Positions 1-10,438 of a DNA stretch of 26,731 bases are shown here, piece by piece. The stretch covers positions 62,001 through 88,731 of the forward strand of contig KZ538276.1 in assembly GCA_000934665.2 (NCBI GenBank), written 5' to 3'. The position numbers and the translations under genes were made by a program. The notes under the pieces were generated by a model. The model saw only the letters and a program-made list of their open reading frames with translations. It made no database searches and was not told the origin of the DNA. Source of the stretch: Catajapyx aquilonaris. Taxonomy: Eukaryota. Positions within the stretch are counted from its first letter, which is position 1. Every line of letters begins with the position of its first letter.

Positions 1-587
1 CTTTTCGTCCGAAAATGCAGAAACGACCAGGATGTCTGACAAATTTTTGATCAAATTTTTTTGTGCTATGTAATCACTCTTTTGGGATACCTGGTTCCCC
101 CCAGAAAATTTAGGTCACCCCCCCCCCCTCTTTTTTGGGGTGTCACAAAAGCAGGGGGTCTTGAATAATCTAACGGACCTGGGGAGTCGCCAAGTTTGCG
201 CTTCGTAAGTACCTGGTTGAAGCGCCAGTCAATTACAACATGACTGACATTTTCAATTTTGCATGCGAAATTTTAATGAGGCTCCCGCTTCACAATGTGC
301 GGCCGGAGCTAATTGTGTCTGAAATAATAATACAGGGTGTTTTCTGATGCCGTCGGGGGGAATATTAGCATCGATACCGCACCAAGTCTTGAAGGGGTGG
401 GATGGAATTGACGAGCGATTTTTTTTTGCGAAAAAGCATGTGCTGAAATTTGCAAAAATTATGTAGTTTTTTATGCCAAGTCTGACAACTTCGCAGTTTT
501 CAGTATAGTTTAAAAAGTATTTAAAGAAAATCAAATTTGCTAATATTTTTTTTCAGTTCTGAAATATTTCTGTAAAATTTGCATTTC

Positions 588-995
588 AAATGGCGCCCAA
601 TCAGCGCTATCTGGCGGATAAATATTTTTGATCATCTGCCAGGACATTATTGTACTATCTAAATTATTACATTTTTACGCATGACTTTTTCAACACTTTT
701 CTGTTTTCAAGATCATAGTTTAAGGACCAAAATTTTCAAATATTTTACTGTTTTGATGTAGGGTCAGAATGATTTTTTTTCTTGCAAATTTTTTACATTT
801 AAATGAAAATGGCGCCCAACCAGCACCATCTGGCAGAGAAATATTGTTGGACATCTAACAGAACATTATTAGACTTTCTCAACAATAAGATTTTTCATCA
901 AAAATTAGACATGTCACGGAGGAGTATTTTTGAGCATCTTCCTGAACATTATTGGACATTCTCAACAATAATATTTTTAAAACAAAAATTACACT
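588..995. repeat. Degenerate direct repeat, probably the interior of an old DNA transposon
   Basis: AAATGGCGCCCAA.CAGC.C.ATCTGGC.GA.AAATATT.TTG..CATCT...GGACATTATT occurs at about 588 and 808, with a third partial unit at about 920-995. A lone TA+CAGGGTG terminus lies upstream at 331. Confidence 0.55.
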
Positions 996-1348
996 ATTTT
1001 CTTCAACGAAAGAACCTAGATACCCGTTAATCTAGACAGGCAACACGGAGGCTAAAACCAGACTTTACATTGTTAATCACCCAATTGCAGCACGTCATCA
1101 CCACCGAGGGAGTTAGCACTGCAAACCCGATGAAATTCAAGCCATTTTTTTTTTACCCTGATGCTCCAACAAAGCTGGCCTATCCATGACAGCCCTTTTA
1201 GTCTAATCAAAATTTGACAAACTCTCCTAAAAAAAATTAGAACCTGGAGGCTAATAAATATTGCAATATCTTCCATGGAAACGATGACAACATGACACAA
1301 ATTTCCTGCGATTCTCTCTGTGATTTTAAATAAGTGATGCGCTCTTAC

Positions 1349-1503
1349 CCGTCCTTTTCTCTGCATCTTGAAGGATAACATCCTCCAGGACCACAGGTTC
1401 GCTCCTCCCTTTGGCGTTCCTGGAGAAAAGCAGGATCCGGAGCGGTGTTCCGGGCTCCAACTCGCTCACGGAAAACACAGGGACTGAACTAGACACGTTG
1501 TAC
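1349..1503 (-). CDS. Sidestep-family exon (C-terminal half of FN3 domain); last exon recognisable in the window
   Basis: Not in the ORF track (no Met). Acceptor cacAG (1504-1505) after a 91-nt intron, donor GTAAGA (1347-1348); 155 nt, phase 2-1. Encodes YNVSSSVPVFSVSELEPGTPLRILLFSRNAKGRSEPVVLEDVILQDAEKRT (LEPG...N.KGRS.P..L...AEKRT). Confidence 0.93.
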
Positions 1504-1594
1504 CTGTGCCAAAAAAAAAGTCAAGTGGAAAATTGTAGAACCTATAGTCTATCATATATAGGCATTATTCGAAGAAAAAAAAATCTAATCTTAC

Positions 1595-1736
1595 CTTAAC
1601 TGTCGGGTACGTGTGTCGTACATTTCCATTTCAAATAGCTGTGGCAAACCGCCGTCATAACCGGGCTCGCATTCGATTTCCATCGCATCTGCAGTCAGAT
1701 TGAGCAGAGTGCAGTTCCTCAGTGGAAGAGGACGTT
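1595..1736 (-). CDS. Sidestep-family exon (N-terminal half of FN3 domain)
   Basis: Acceptor ttcAG (1737-1738), donor GTAAG (1593-1594); 142 nt, phase 1-2. Encodes ERPLPLRNCTLLNLTADAMEIECEPGYDGGLPQLFEMEMYDTRTRQLR (NC...N.T.....C..GYDGGLPQ.F). Confidence 0.95.
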
Positions 1737-3031
1737 CTGAATAAGATGTAACAATCACAACATTATCTATCAAGTTTACATACCAGCACATTTTTGAGCA
1801 TGCTTGTACTTAATATCATGACCTTTTTTTTTTAAAAAAAAAAAGCCGGATTAAGCATAATTTATGGGGGTCAGTGTTTGCTTTTCCAGGCAAATGGCCG
1901 CTACTCAGCAGCTCTATGAGAAGTATAATCATGAAGATAGATCGCGAGCCATAAAATTCATTCCCCAACTCTAACACTGTAGTTTAAAAAATTAATCTCT
2001 ACATTAAAATTGAGAGGCATTTACAGAAAGGCATATTCCGGATGTCTTTCCGGTGAAGTGGCCGGAAAAGGGAGGAGTTAGACGGCGCCACAGCCAATCA
2101 CACGTCGGATCTCAAAGGCATAGCATTACGCTACATACATTAATTTATATTCCAGGTAAATACAATTCTCTTTAAACATTACGAGTTACGGGAGAGGCTA
2201 TGTTGACACACCGCCCTCCAGCTAGCGACTGAAGAGTTCGTACCCCATTGCGCAGGCGCGGAACGGGGCCAATAGGAAGTGTCGCGGTGACAATATACGG
2301 CGGGCCCCGGGCGTATACAACGAAGGATTTTCCGCTACATGTCCATAGAGGCAAATTTCCAAGCATAATTCTAAATATAATCTAAAACAATCACCAATAT
2401 TTTGCTACCTCATACTGTACAGAGCTCCACAAGTGATTACACAATTTTTTTTCCGTCAAAAACCAGTGCTTTTTATGCCCAAAATATTCAAACAATGGAC
2501 CAATTAGGAGCTCTAAAATTGCAAAAGCCCTCGGTTGCAATGTACAAGCTTCTCGCTCCATTCCCAAAAATAAATTCTTCAAGCCCCCCTTAGTAAGGAG
2601 CCAAGTCAGGCGAACCTGTCACGTACGCCACGGTTGAAAAAGACTCCCAAAAAGCCGGTGTCAAACTTGGGAGTGAAAACCTTATTTTTGTATTTAAAAA
2701 AAAACTGGGATTAATTTTGCTGCCGGTTTGAACTAAGAACCTTCCTCGGTACTGCTCTGAAATTATACCTTCTAGAATTATATTTTAAAGCCTCTTTTGT
2801 ACTTCTCGTGATGGTAAACACAATGATCTGGGATTGTCAGGCACAACCTTAACAATCAGAGGCATTACATTTTGTTTCGCTTAAATTAGAATATTTTCTG
2901 CCCAAATTTCCAAGAGTATTTAACCCAGATATGGCCGATTTTATTTTTTTGTTTAATTTTTTAACATCTTTATATTAGCAAATGAAACACTAATAAAACA
3001 GCCAAAATATAGCACTTATACCAGCGCTCTA

Positions 3032-3306
3032 CAGGGTGTTAATCCTAAGCGTGTCACCAGAAAAGGTGGTGGTAGAGGGCGCAGGTGTGAGCATTTTTGC
3101 ATAAGGAACTAGGGGTCGGAAACGCACCCTCACCGAGTCACTCCGCCGCATGCCGCACGCCTCTTGCACACTGCCTGCCGCAAACTTAAAAGGGGCGTAA
3201 CTCGGTGAGGGTGCGTTTCCGACCCCTAGTTCTTTATGCAAAAATGCTCACACCTGCGCCCTCTACCACCACCTTTTCTGGTGACACGCTTAGGATTAAC
3301 AACCTG
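3032..3306. mobile_element. Tc1/mariner-superfamily MITE (275 bp)
   Basis: About 110-bp near-perfect terminal inverted repeats starting CAGGGTGTTAATCCTAAGCGTGTCACCAG and ending CTGGTGACACGCTTAGGATTAACAACCTG, flanked by TA (3030-3031 and 3307-3308). Confidence 0.9.
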
Positions 3307-3667
3307 TATATATAGGACGAAAAGCTTACCTTTGTCGCTATTTTCCATATAAAATTGAGTGGAAAAAGCACTCGGAAAAGTAGTGATGGCCAAAATCACT
3401 CGAAAGGAGTGCCATTTGTGAGAAATAGTCGTTATTCGAGTGACTGTTACCGGCAACGTCTCACTCAATATTGTAGTTATTAACTTCCAAATTGATCCAT
3501 TTTCGTAATAAGTCAAACAACTAGTAGTTGTCATGTCCACTACCTGACAACAACATCATGCACCGAATTCCCATCTACCTGTCCTTATTAAATAATAAAG
3601 ACAACTGGTCACCACAAATACGTTTTTTTGGGGAGGTTAAAGGTAAAGAAGACCATAAATGTTTTAC

Positions 3668-3961
3668 CTGCTGCCACTACCTGAAAGACGCAGGGCGTGA
3701 TCTGCGTGCCGATCGAGTTGGTCCCCCAGCATGCGAGTGTCCCATAGTCCAAGTCGGACACTGGGGTGTAGGCCAGACTACTTGTTGTCCCGTTTGTGCC
3801 GTATCTGGACGGTGGTACCTCCAGGCTCTCTCCAGAGTTGTTGAACTTCCACTTGAACTTGACGTCTGGAGGTACGGCCTCAACTTCGCACACCACGTCC
3901 AGATTCTCTTCCTTGGAAGCGCCGATTATCAGGATGAAGTCGGTCCGGCACACTGGAGCGT
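3668..3961 (-). CDS. Sidestep-family exon (Ig5)
   Basis: Acceptor tatcAG (3962-3963), donor GTAAA (3666-3667); 294 nt, phase 1-1. Encodes YAPVCRTDFILIIGASKEENLDVVCEVEAVPPDVKFKWKFNNSGE...YTPVSDLDYGTLACWGTNSIGTQITPCVFQVVAA (F.W.FNNS, DYGTL.CW..N..G.Q..PC motifs). Confidence 0.96.
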
Positions 3962-4005
3962 CTGATACGGTTTGGACAGACAGGTTTATCAATTAGCGAG
4001 GATGC

Positions 4006-4699
4006 AAATGAGCCGGACATTTAACATCCTGAGATAGAACATACTGTGAAGTACAAACTGTACATAATTTAATCCTCACTGGACTCGTCTTTACCACGCA
4101 AATGTACCAAGAAAGCGAATAACTTGAGAATGGCAACGCTGTGCAGCCGATTTCACCGACTATTTTAGCCGACATGTACAAATGAGCCGGATAATTAATA
4201 TCCTCAGATAGTACATAACTCAATGTACACACTACACATAGTTTAATCCGCAATTGATTCGTACTTATCGCGTTAAAGTCCCATGAAAGCGAATGGCATC
4301 GCTGTGTAGCCGATTTCCAACGGTTTAACCGCCTCTTTTGGCCAAAATGAGCCTGAAATTTAACATCCTCAGATAGTACATAACTCAATGTACACACTAC
4401 ACATAGCTTAATCCGCAATTGATTCGTACTTATCGCGTTCAAGTCCCATTGAAAGCGAATGACTTGAGAATGGCATTGCTGTGTAGCCGATTTCCAACGG
4501 TTTAACCGCCAATTTTGGCCAAAATGAGCCTGAAATTTAACATCCTCAGATAGTACATAACGCAAAGTACCCCCTGCACTTAGTTTAATCATCAACTGAT
4601 TCGTACTTATCGCGTTCAAGTCCCAAGAAAGCGAATGACATTCAGAATGTCAACGCTGTACATCCGATTTTCAACGGTTTCACCGCCTATTTTGGGCTG
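4006..4699. repeat. Tandem repeat, about 4 copies of a 165-177-bp unit
   Basis: Unit start AAATGAGCC at 4006, 4180, 4345 and 4522; shared TTAACATCCTCAGATAGTACATAAC...GATTCGTACTTATCGCGTT...GAAAGCGAAT...GCTGTGTAGCCGATTTC. Confidence 0.92.
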
Positions 4700-5551
4700 G
4701 CATCGGACCTATGCGACATCTGCACATAAATTTAAAAGGCCCCTCTGATAGGGACGCCCAAAAATTAATGCTGTGAATCACCTGAAACTGTGTCAGCTCG
4801 ACACAAAGAGTTTAAATTGCCATATTGTAGTCCACGCCTGCATGTGTGTTGGACGCTGCAAGGGGACCAACGATGAAACAAATCGTTTGAAAGTAAAACT
4901 ACCCCCCAACAAAACTCTCTATAAGCAATTTTTTGGGGGTGGTTACATATACACATAGGCTTATATATGTATATGTAAAACAGAAAAAAAAACTGTGGGA
5001 GGATCCTGGTTTTTTGCTGATTAAAAACGCGGGGCGTGCACTTTTCTAATCACCCAGAGTGAACCCGAAAATGAGAGACACGCTTGGTGGTCCGGATCAA
5101 CTGCGGAAATGAAGACACCCACGTGTAAAAAAAAATACCCTGAACTCACCGTAAAAATATTGGCAGACATTTTGCAAAATTGCAGGAAAAAAAACATATC
5201 CCTGCAAAATTTTTAAGGCTACGTTTGCATTTGGTTTTTCTATCTGCAATTGTTGCTTAATTTGCACCTTGCATTAAGCCAGTACCATTCATTTTTTTAA
5301 AAATGCATTTTCGTACTATTTCATTATAATAATATACATTAGTTTGCATAACCACATACCTCCCTAGGGATAAGGTAGGACCGTTAATATTCACACCGGT
5401 TATCGCACCACCAAATTTTGGGTACAACCCAGATAAGGAGCGTATCCCTTTGTTTATGCCCCTCCAATTTTCATAAACCCCAACCAACAATTATTTAACC
5501 TAATCCGCTTAAAAAGCAATCGCCAAATTACAACTCTCCACATGAAAAATA

Positions 5552-5631
5552 CAGGGTGGTCCATATTCGTGGATCGTTTTTAATATAACTGATATCGCCT
5601 GTTATATTTTACAGCTTGTTGTGGCCATAAC
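5552..5631. mobile_element. Left-end fragment of a CAGGGTG MITE (same family as 14885-15106)
   Basis: TA+CAGGGTGGTCCA...TCGTTTTTAATATAACTGATATCGCCTGTTA...CAGCTTGTT aligns by eye to 14885-14970. Confidence 0.75.
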
Positions 5632-5635
5632 ATAC

Positions 5636-5895
5636 AGAGTCGCCAACTTCTGACTTTAGGTCGTCTCTGGTTGGAGTAATTTTGGACTGTTTATTGCGTT
5701 TCTATGGAAATAGTGGCCGGTTCTGACGTCACGGTCTACTCCGATTGGATCCAGCCACTCCAGCCGTGACCGTGACGTCGGAACCGGCCACTAACTCCAT
5801 AGAAACGCAAGATGGCGGCCTACATATGACACGTAAGCGTACAAAAATTACTCCAGCCAATCAGAGACGATCTGAAGTCAGCAGTTGGCGACTCT
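5636..5895. mobile_element. Foldback MITE with hAT-like termini
   Basis: AGAGTCGCCAACTTCTGACTTTAGGTCGTCTCTGGTTGGAGTAATTTT pairs with AAAATTACTCCAGCCAATCAGAGACGATCTGAAGTCAGCAGTTGGCGACTCT. A second, inner inverted repeat TTGCGTTTCTATGG...GTGGCCGGTTCTGACGTCACGGTC pairs with GACCGTGACGTCGGAACCGGCCAC...CCATAGAAACGCAA. No TSD seen, so the superfamily is tentative. Confidence 0.8.
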
Positions 5896-5992
5896 CTCAC
5901 TCGAGGCTCTCTAATCGTATAATATTAAACAAAGTTGTCAGTCTCATTTCTCACTACCCAATGAGAAAAAGTCTACTCGAATTGATTTGCCA

Positions 5993-6412
5993 GTCTTGTT
6001 TTATAACTGACTAGCAGGATACCCGGCGTTGCTCGGGTTCAGTATGAAATACTTTGAATGAATCGATGCTACATCCGGGGTTCTTGCTTTGCTGCCCTTT
6101 CGCCTCCTGCGGCCAAGGATGACCTCGGAGGTTAAATCCGATGTGCTAAAAACCTTCCCCGTTAAAAACTACCCCTAATGAGCACCCTGGGGCATACGTC
6201 GAGGCATCCGTATTGATTTGCATCGAGAACAACGGGACATACTTTGTGAAATATAAGATGTCGTCTGATAGTAGTTATTTTTATAGCTTGTAGTCAGGTG
6301 CCCTATTCTATAGCAACTGATATATTCGACCCCCTGAGTAGCCTAGATCGGGGGAACAACAATAAAATAACTACTATCGGGCGATATAACCTATTCTATT
6401 TGGAACACCCTG
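5993..6412. mobile_element. Left-truncated CAGGGTG MITE (family of 14885-15106) interrupted by a Helitron
   Basis: 5993-6010 joined to 6259-6412 aligns to about 14906-15106 (ATAACTGAT.TCG...TAGTAGT..CAGGTGC..ATTCTATAG..ACTG.TATA..TTCGACCCCCTG...TTGGAACACCCTG). Confidence 0.8.
6011..6258 (-). mobile_element. Non-autonomous Helitron (248 bp)
   Basis: On the minus strand it begins TCTTATAT and ends CCCGAGCAACGCCGGG (subterminal hairpin) TATCCTG CTAG. Inserted between A(6010) and T(6259) with no TSD. Confidence 0.88.
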
Positions 6413-7447
6413 GTATATTCTAGCTTGTTCCATAGAAAAGGAAGCTATTTTAAAACCCTGTTTCCACGGTTGGTCACCCACCTTTTGAGGCCCAAAAAAA
6501 ATGTGAGCGATGACCACTGGGGGTCACTGAGGTGAACAATTTTTTATTATAGATCTAGCCTACTCCCCCCCTTCCATTCCCCGCCTCTCCCCATCCAAAG
6601 TGAGAAAAAGAGAGAGCGTTGGGAGCTTTGTTCGATCCGGGGTCGGGAATTGCAATTTCCGTCCCATTATAGCAGCGGAACATAGCACAGCTAGCGCGCA
6701 ACTAGCACGCTCCGATAGCTTTTGACTTCAACCGAGCTTCCAGCACTCTCTTTGAATCTAGCCTTTCATATAACGCACATAAGTTGGGTTCCCAAAAAAA
6801 AAAACACAATCCGAATACAACAAAAACAGCAAGGGCAAGGTCGACTTGTAAACATGACAGGAGCAGACTCACCCTGTAGGCAGGCATCACGCATCACAGC
6901 CTATCGCACCCCTGCAGTATAACCCTCAGGGATTTATTTTTGATCCGGAAAAATCTAGCAAAAAATAGAGTAGTTTGCACCATCTCGGTGCTTCAAACAA
7001 ACGCGATCTGTTTCGCTGGGACTTAGCATCGATCACGCCTCTAATAACCTCATCGGCCTCATTTTCTAAGCCGGCTAGGGGGTTTCGCATCATGTAAGGT
7101 TTATATCATGGATATTTCCCAAAGGTAATCAATTCCTAGGATGCAAAAAAAAAACACTATCCATGGCTTTTAGAGCCATCTACAAATCATAGAGTAGGCT
7201 GCAAAATAAATAAATAAATTACTAGAGCTTAGGCCTGGTCGTATGGCAACCAATTTGCATCGCTACAGTGCGGGTGTAAACTTCATTCCGTACATTACAG
7301 TGTAATAACGCGACGGTCATACGCCCTACACCGTAATCAGATTGAGCGAGTAGAAATTTCATCATTCATTTTTTTCAGATATTATCAAGGGGTGTTTCCC
7401 TCCAGTGTGTTCATGTATGAAATATATGGGAATGAATTGGTACTCAC

Positions 7448-7607
7448 ACATGACCCTCAGTCCGACCACATTGGAAGCGACCTCTCCTTCTCCGTTAGCA
7501 GCCAGACAGGTGTAATTACCTGCGCTGGATCTGGTCACACCTTGCAGAACCAACGATTGGTTGCTCATTATCACACCTGAAGTGACATTGTGGCTCAGGG
7601 GCTGGGC
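7448..7607 (-). CDS. Sidestep-family exon (C-terminal half of Ig4)
   Basis: Acceptor ttccAG (7608-7609), donor GTGAGT (7446-7447); 160 nt, phase 0-1. Encodes AQPLSHNVTSGVIMSNQSLVLQGVTRSSAGNYTCLAANGEGEVASNVVGLRVM (SNQSLVLQ.V.R..AG.YTC motif). Confidence 0.96.
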
Positions 7608-7838
7608 CTGGAAAGACATCAAACACATTGGTTACACACTTGAGATTTTAAATCACACATATCGGTTCTGTCCGTTTGTTTGTCCGAACAGATAGTACTA
7701 CTACCACTCACACAATATGAGTGGCGGGAATGTACAGATAGCAGGATGCGCCATCTATGTGCTACATGGAAAGTCGGGGCCCCGGGCAGTTTGACAGGGG
7801 TTTAAATAATTAATTAATTAATTAACGAGTAAAATAAT

Positions 7839-8058
7839 TAAATAGTTTAGTTACAGAATTAAATAATTTACTATAAAGAATTAAATAATTTACTATAAAG
7901 AATTAAATAATTTACTATAAAGAATTAAATAATTTACTATAAAGAATTAAATAATTTACTATAAAGAATTAAATAATTTAGTTGGAGAATTAAGTAATGT
8001 ATTATAAAGAATTAAATAATTAAGTTAGAGAATTAAATAATTTAGTTAGAGAATTAAA
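7839..8058. repeat. 22-bp minisatellite (AAATAATTTACTATAAAGAATT)n
   Basis: Five perfect units from 7861 at 22-bp period, flanked by diverged units; about 10 copies in total. Confidence 0.93.
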
Positions 8059-10299
8059 CAAATTAATGGAAAAAATAGATATATCGATAAAATATAAAAT
8101 AATGAATTAATAAAATAAATAACATACGTACGCTACATAAATGATAGAATATATATATATATTTATTTATTTATTTTTATAAGATTTATGTATTATGATA
8201 TTAATTAATTCATGATATTTATTTTTATGAAATAAATTCACACCATAATAAATAAATTTCATAAAAATAAATATCGTGAATAAATAAATAAATAAAATAA
8301 AATAAAACAAGTAATATTTGCTGTTATAAAAGTCAAAGTTTGTATGTTTGTCCAGGTTTGGTTACTGTTTCCATGGAATCAACAATGATTGATTGCTGTT
8401 GACGTTTTTTCGTCTCTGTAATGAACGTGGCAGGTAATGCGCAATTGATTCGTCAATTACGGTTCCCAATTGACATCGCAGCTTGGGCGAAGAAAACAGC
8501 CCATTTTCCACCTTCTCTCCTCAGCTTCCCTCAGTCCACACCAACAATCTCCCAACTTTCCAGACAATTTCGATTGAATCCCCCGCTTGACAAGGCACAC
8601 GATAAAAAACAATGAAGTGCAGAGCACTGCATAAACTACTCCTAGCGAGCTATAATTGAATTATAACTTTTCCTGGTCCCTTCCACCCCCACCCCTCTCT
8701 GGGAAAAAAAATCCATTAGAGTAAATGAGAAGTTTTAATAGGTAAAACGCTGTGTCTGCCTCGGGGCCGATTATAACTGTGTTTTTCGTCAATGACAACT
8801 CGCCCCCTCTTCCGACATCAGATTAAAACAAACGAGCAACTGACTTAACTGACAGCGCTCATTAAAGATTTCTTTCATCATGCAATTTTTTTTTGAGGGA
8901 AGCTCACGGTACAGTAATTAGTTACATGATGTGTAAAATCAATTTGGAAAATTGTTTATGTCTAAAAGTTTTTTCAGTGAACTATATAAAAAAAAATCTG
9001 GTAATTAATTTTGAAATTATTTCTTATTTCAAATATTTCGGCCTGCATCAGACAATTCCAATTTCCACCAAAATTACGCACCAAAATACGCAATTTTTTA
9101 AACATTTTAGAGGTAGCCTGTAGAAATTCATAATAATAATCAATTGCAAAAAAATAAATTTCATTTCAAAAAAGTCGCCCAAAATCACAATTCCTATTTT
9201 GACCTAAATTTCTTCTCAAATCGCCCATTTTTAACTTTTTAGAGGTACTATCAGCACAATTTCATTATAACAATTTCCTACCAAAATTATTTTTATTTAA
9301 AAAAAATTCAAGTTTTCAGCTCATTATTAACACACAATTTAAAAAAATTCTAACAGTTACATCACAATTACAGTATAAAAGTTTCTTAGTAATCAATTTT
9401 CAAATAATTATTTTGAATTTCAAAAATTTTGCCTAAAATCACACAATTTAAATTTCTCACCTAATTTGCTGTTGATGTCACCCATTTTTTATTTTAAAAA
9501 TTCTGACTTTATTACCAGCGCAATATTATGCACTTTTCTTATGTCCGAATGTCCGCAATAATACCCCACCATATCGCCAGTTACAGGTAAACCAATACAC
9601 GCCCTAAAACGTGCGAAATGACATTATTTAAATTGCAAAAAAATTCGCCAATAATCATGTCATGCAGTTGAAATGCGGTTAAAACCTGCGGACAAACCCT
9701 GATTTTTTTTTTTGTCCCCAAAATTCTCTCTCTCTCCCCCTTTTTTTTGTGCAAATGTTCCGGCCCGTCTGCTTAACCCATCGACCGTAGTTCCAATATT
9801 GATTTGTTCCGCACTTGCTCTCGACTGCAATACCAATGAAAATAGATTTTTGTGAGAGCGAACTATATGAGTAATTATGCAGGACAGACGACAGTTTCGT
9901 GACAACTCGAAGGTTCTCCTTTTTTTTTCCTGACCAATGTCCAGCCACCCCCCCAGGTTCGTGTACACAATACTAATGCTTCTTGTTTGACGTTTTTACC
10001 ACTCGAGTATTAAATTACCGGTGTACAGTGGTCGAGGGGTTGACACTGTCAATATTGTGATTGTGTAATTTTGCCCCCCTAGGCCTCCAGTACAGTGCAT
10101 CTCAAAAACATGTACTAGTGATAGTGTCAATATTTTTGGGGGGTCAGATGATACTGCGTGATTGACTGGATCAATTTATTACAACAATACATACGGACGT
10201 ATAAGATACGCAGTTGCAGCCAAGTTAAATATAGGCCTACAAGAGCTTAAATATGTATGAAGTTGTGTAATATTAAATCACTGCAGTGAGTACTATACG

Positions 10300-10438
10300 A
10301 AAGGTATAGTAAAGGTAGTTAAAGGTAAAGCCTTTACCTTTACCTTTACCTTTACCTTTAACTACCTTTACTATACCTTTACCGGGCAAAGGTATAGTAA
10401 AGGTAGTTAAAGGTAAAGGTATAGTAAAGGTTAGTTAA
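10300..10438. repeat. Forward-inverted-forward array of AAAGGT-based subrepeats
   Basis: AAAGGTATAGTAAAGGTAGTTAAAGGTAAAG at 10300-10330, its reverse complement with extra ACCTTT units at 10331-10381, and the forward block again from 10388. Confidence 0.9.

Noticed and set aside
1073..1348. Hydrophobic stretch IAIFISLQVLIFFRR in ORF 1073-1381 as the missing transmembrane exon
   Set aside because: In-frame AG acceptors would give introns of only 31 or 43 nt without a polypyrimidine tract, and the segment is short for a TM helix. The TM exon most likely lies beyond the window start.
2228..2270. Hammerhead ribozyme core (CTGAAGA followed by a GTTC/GAAC stem); also CTGATGA at 10502 and 14265
   Set aside because: The required GAAA after stem II and the closing stems are absent.
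2585..2760. Possible SINE remnant (CTCCCAA/TTGGGAG hairpin, A-run, B-box-like GTTCAAACC on the minus strand)
   Set aside because: No A box, TSD or second copy in the window, and the parts point in conflicting orientations.
3528..3996. Plus-strand ORFs overlapping the Ig5 exon (likewise 22316-22603, 17418-17648, 7392-7580, 1411-1599)
   Set aside because: These are antisense shadows of real minus-strand exons.
3993..4619. 208-aa repetitive protein
   Set aside because: It is a translation of the 165-177-bp tandem repeat, with no splice or domain support.
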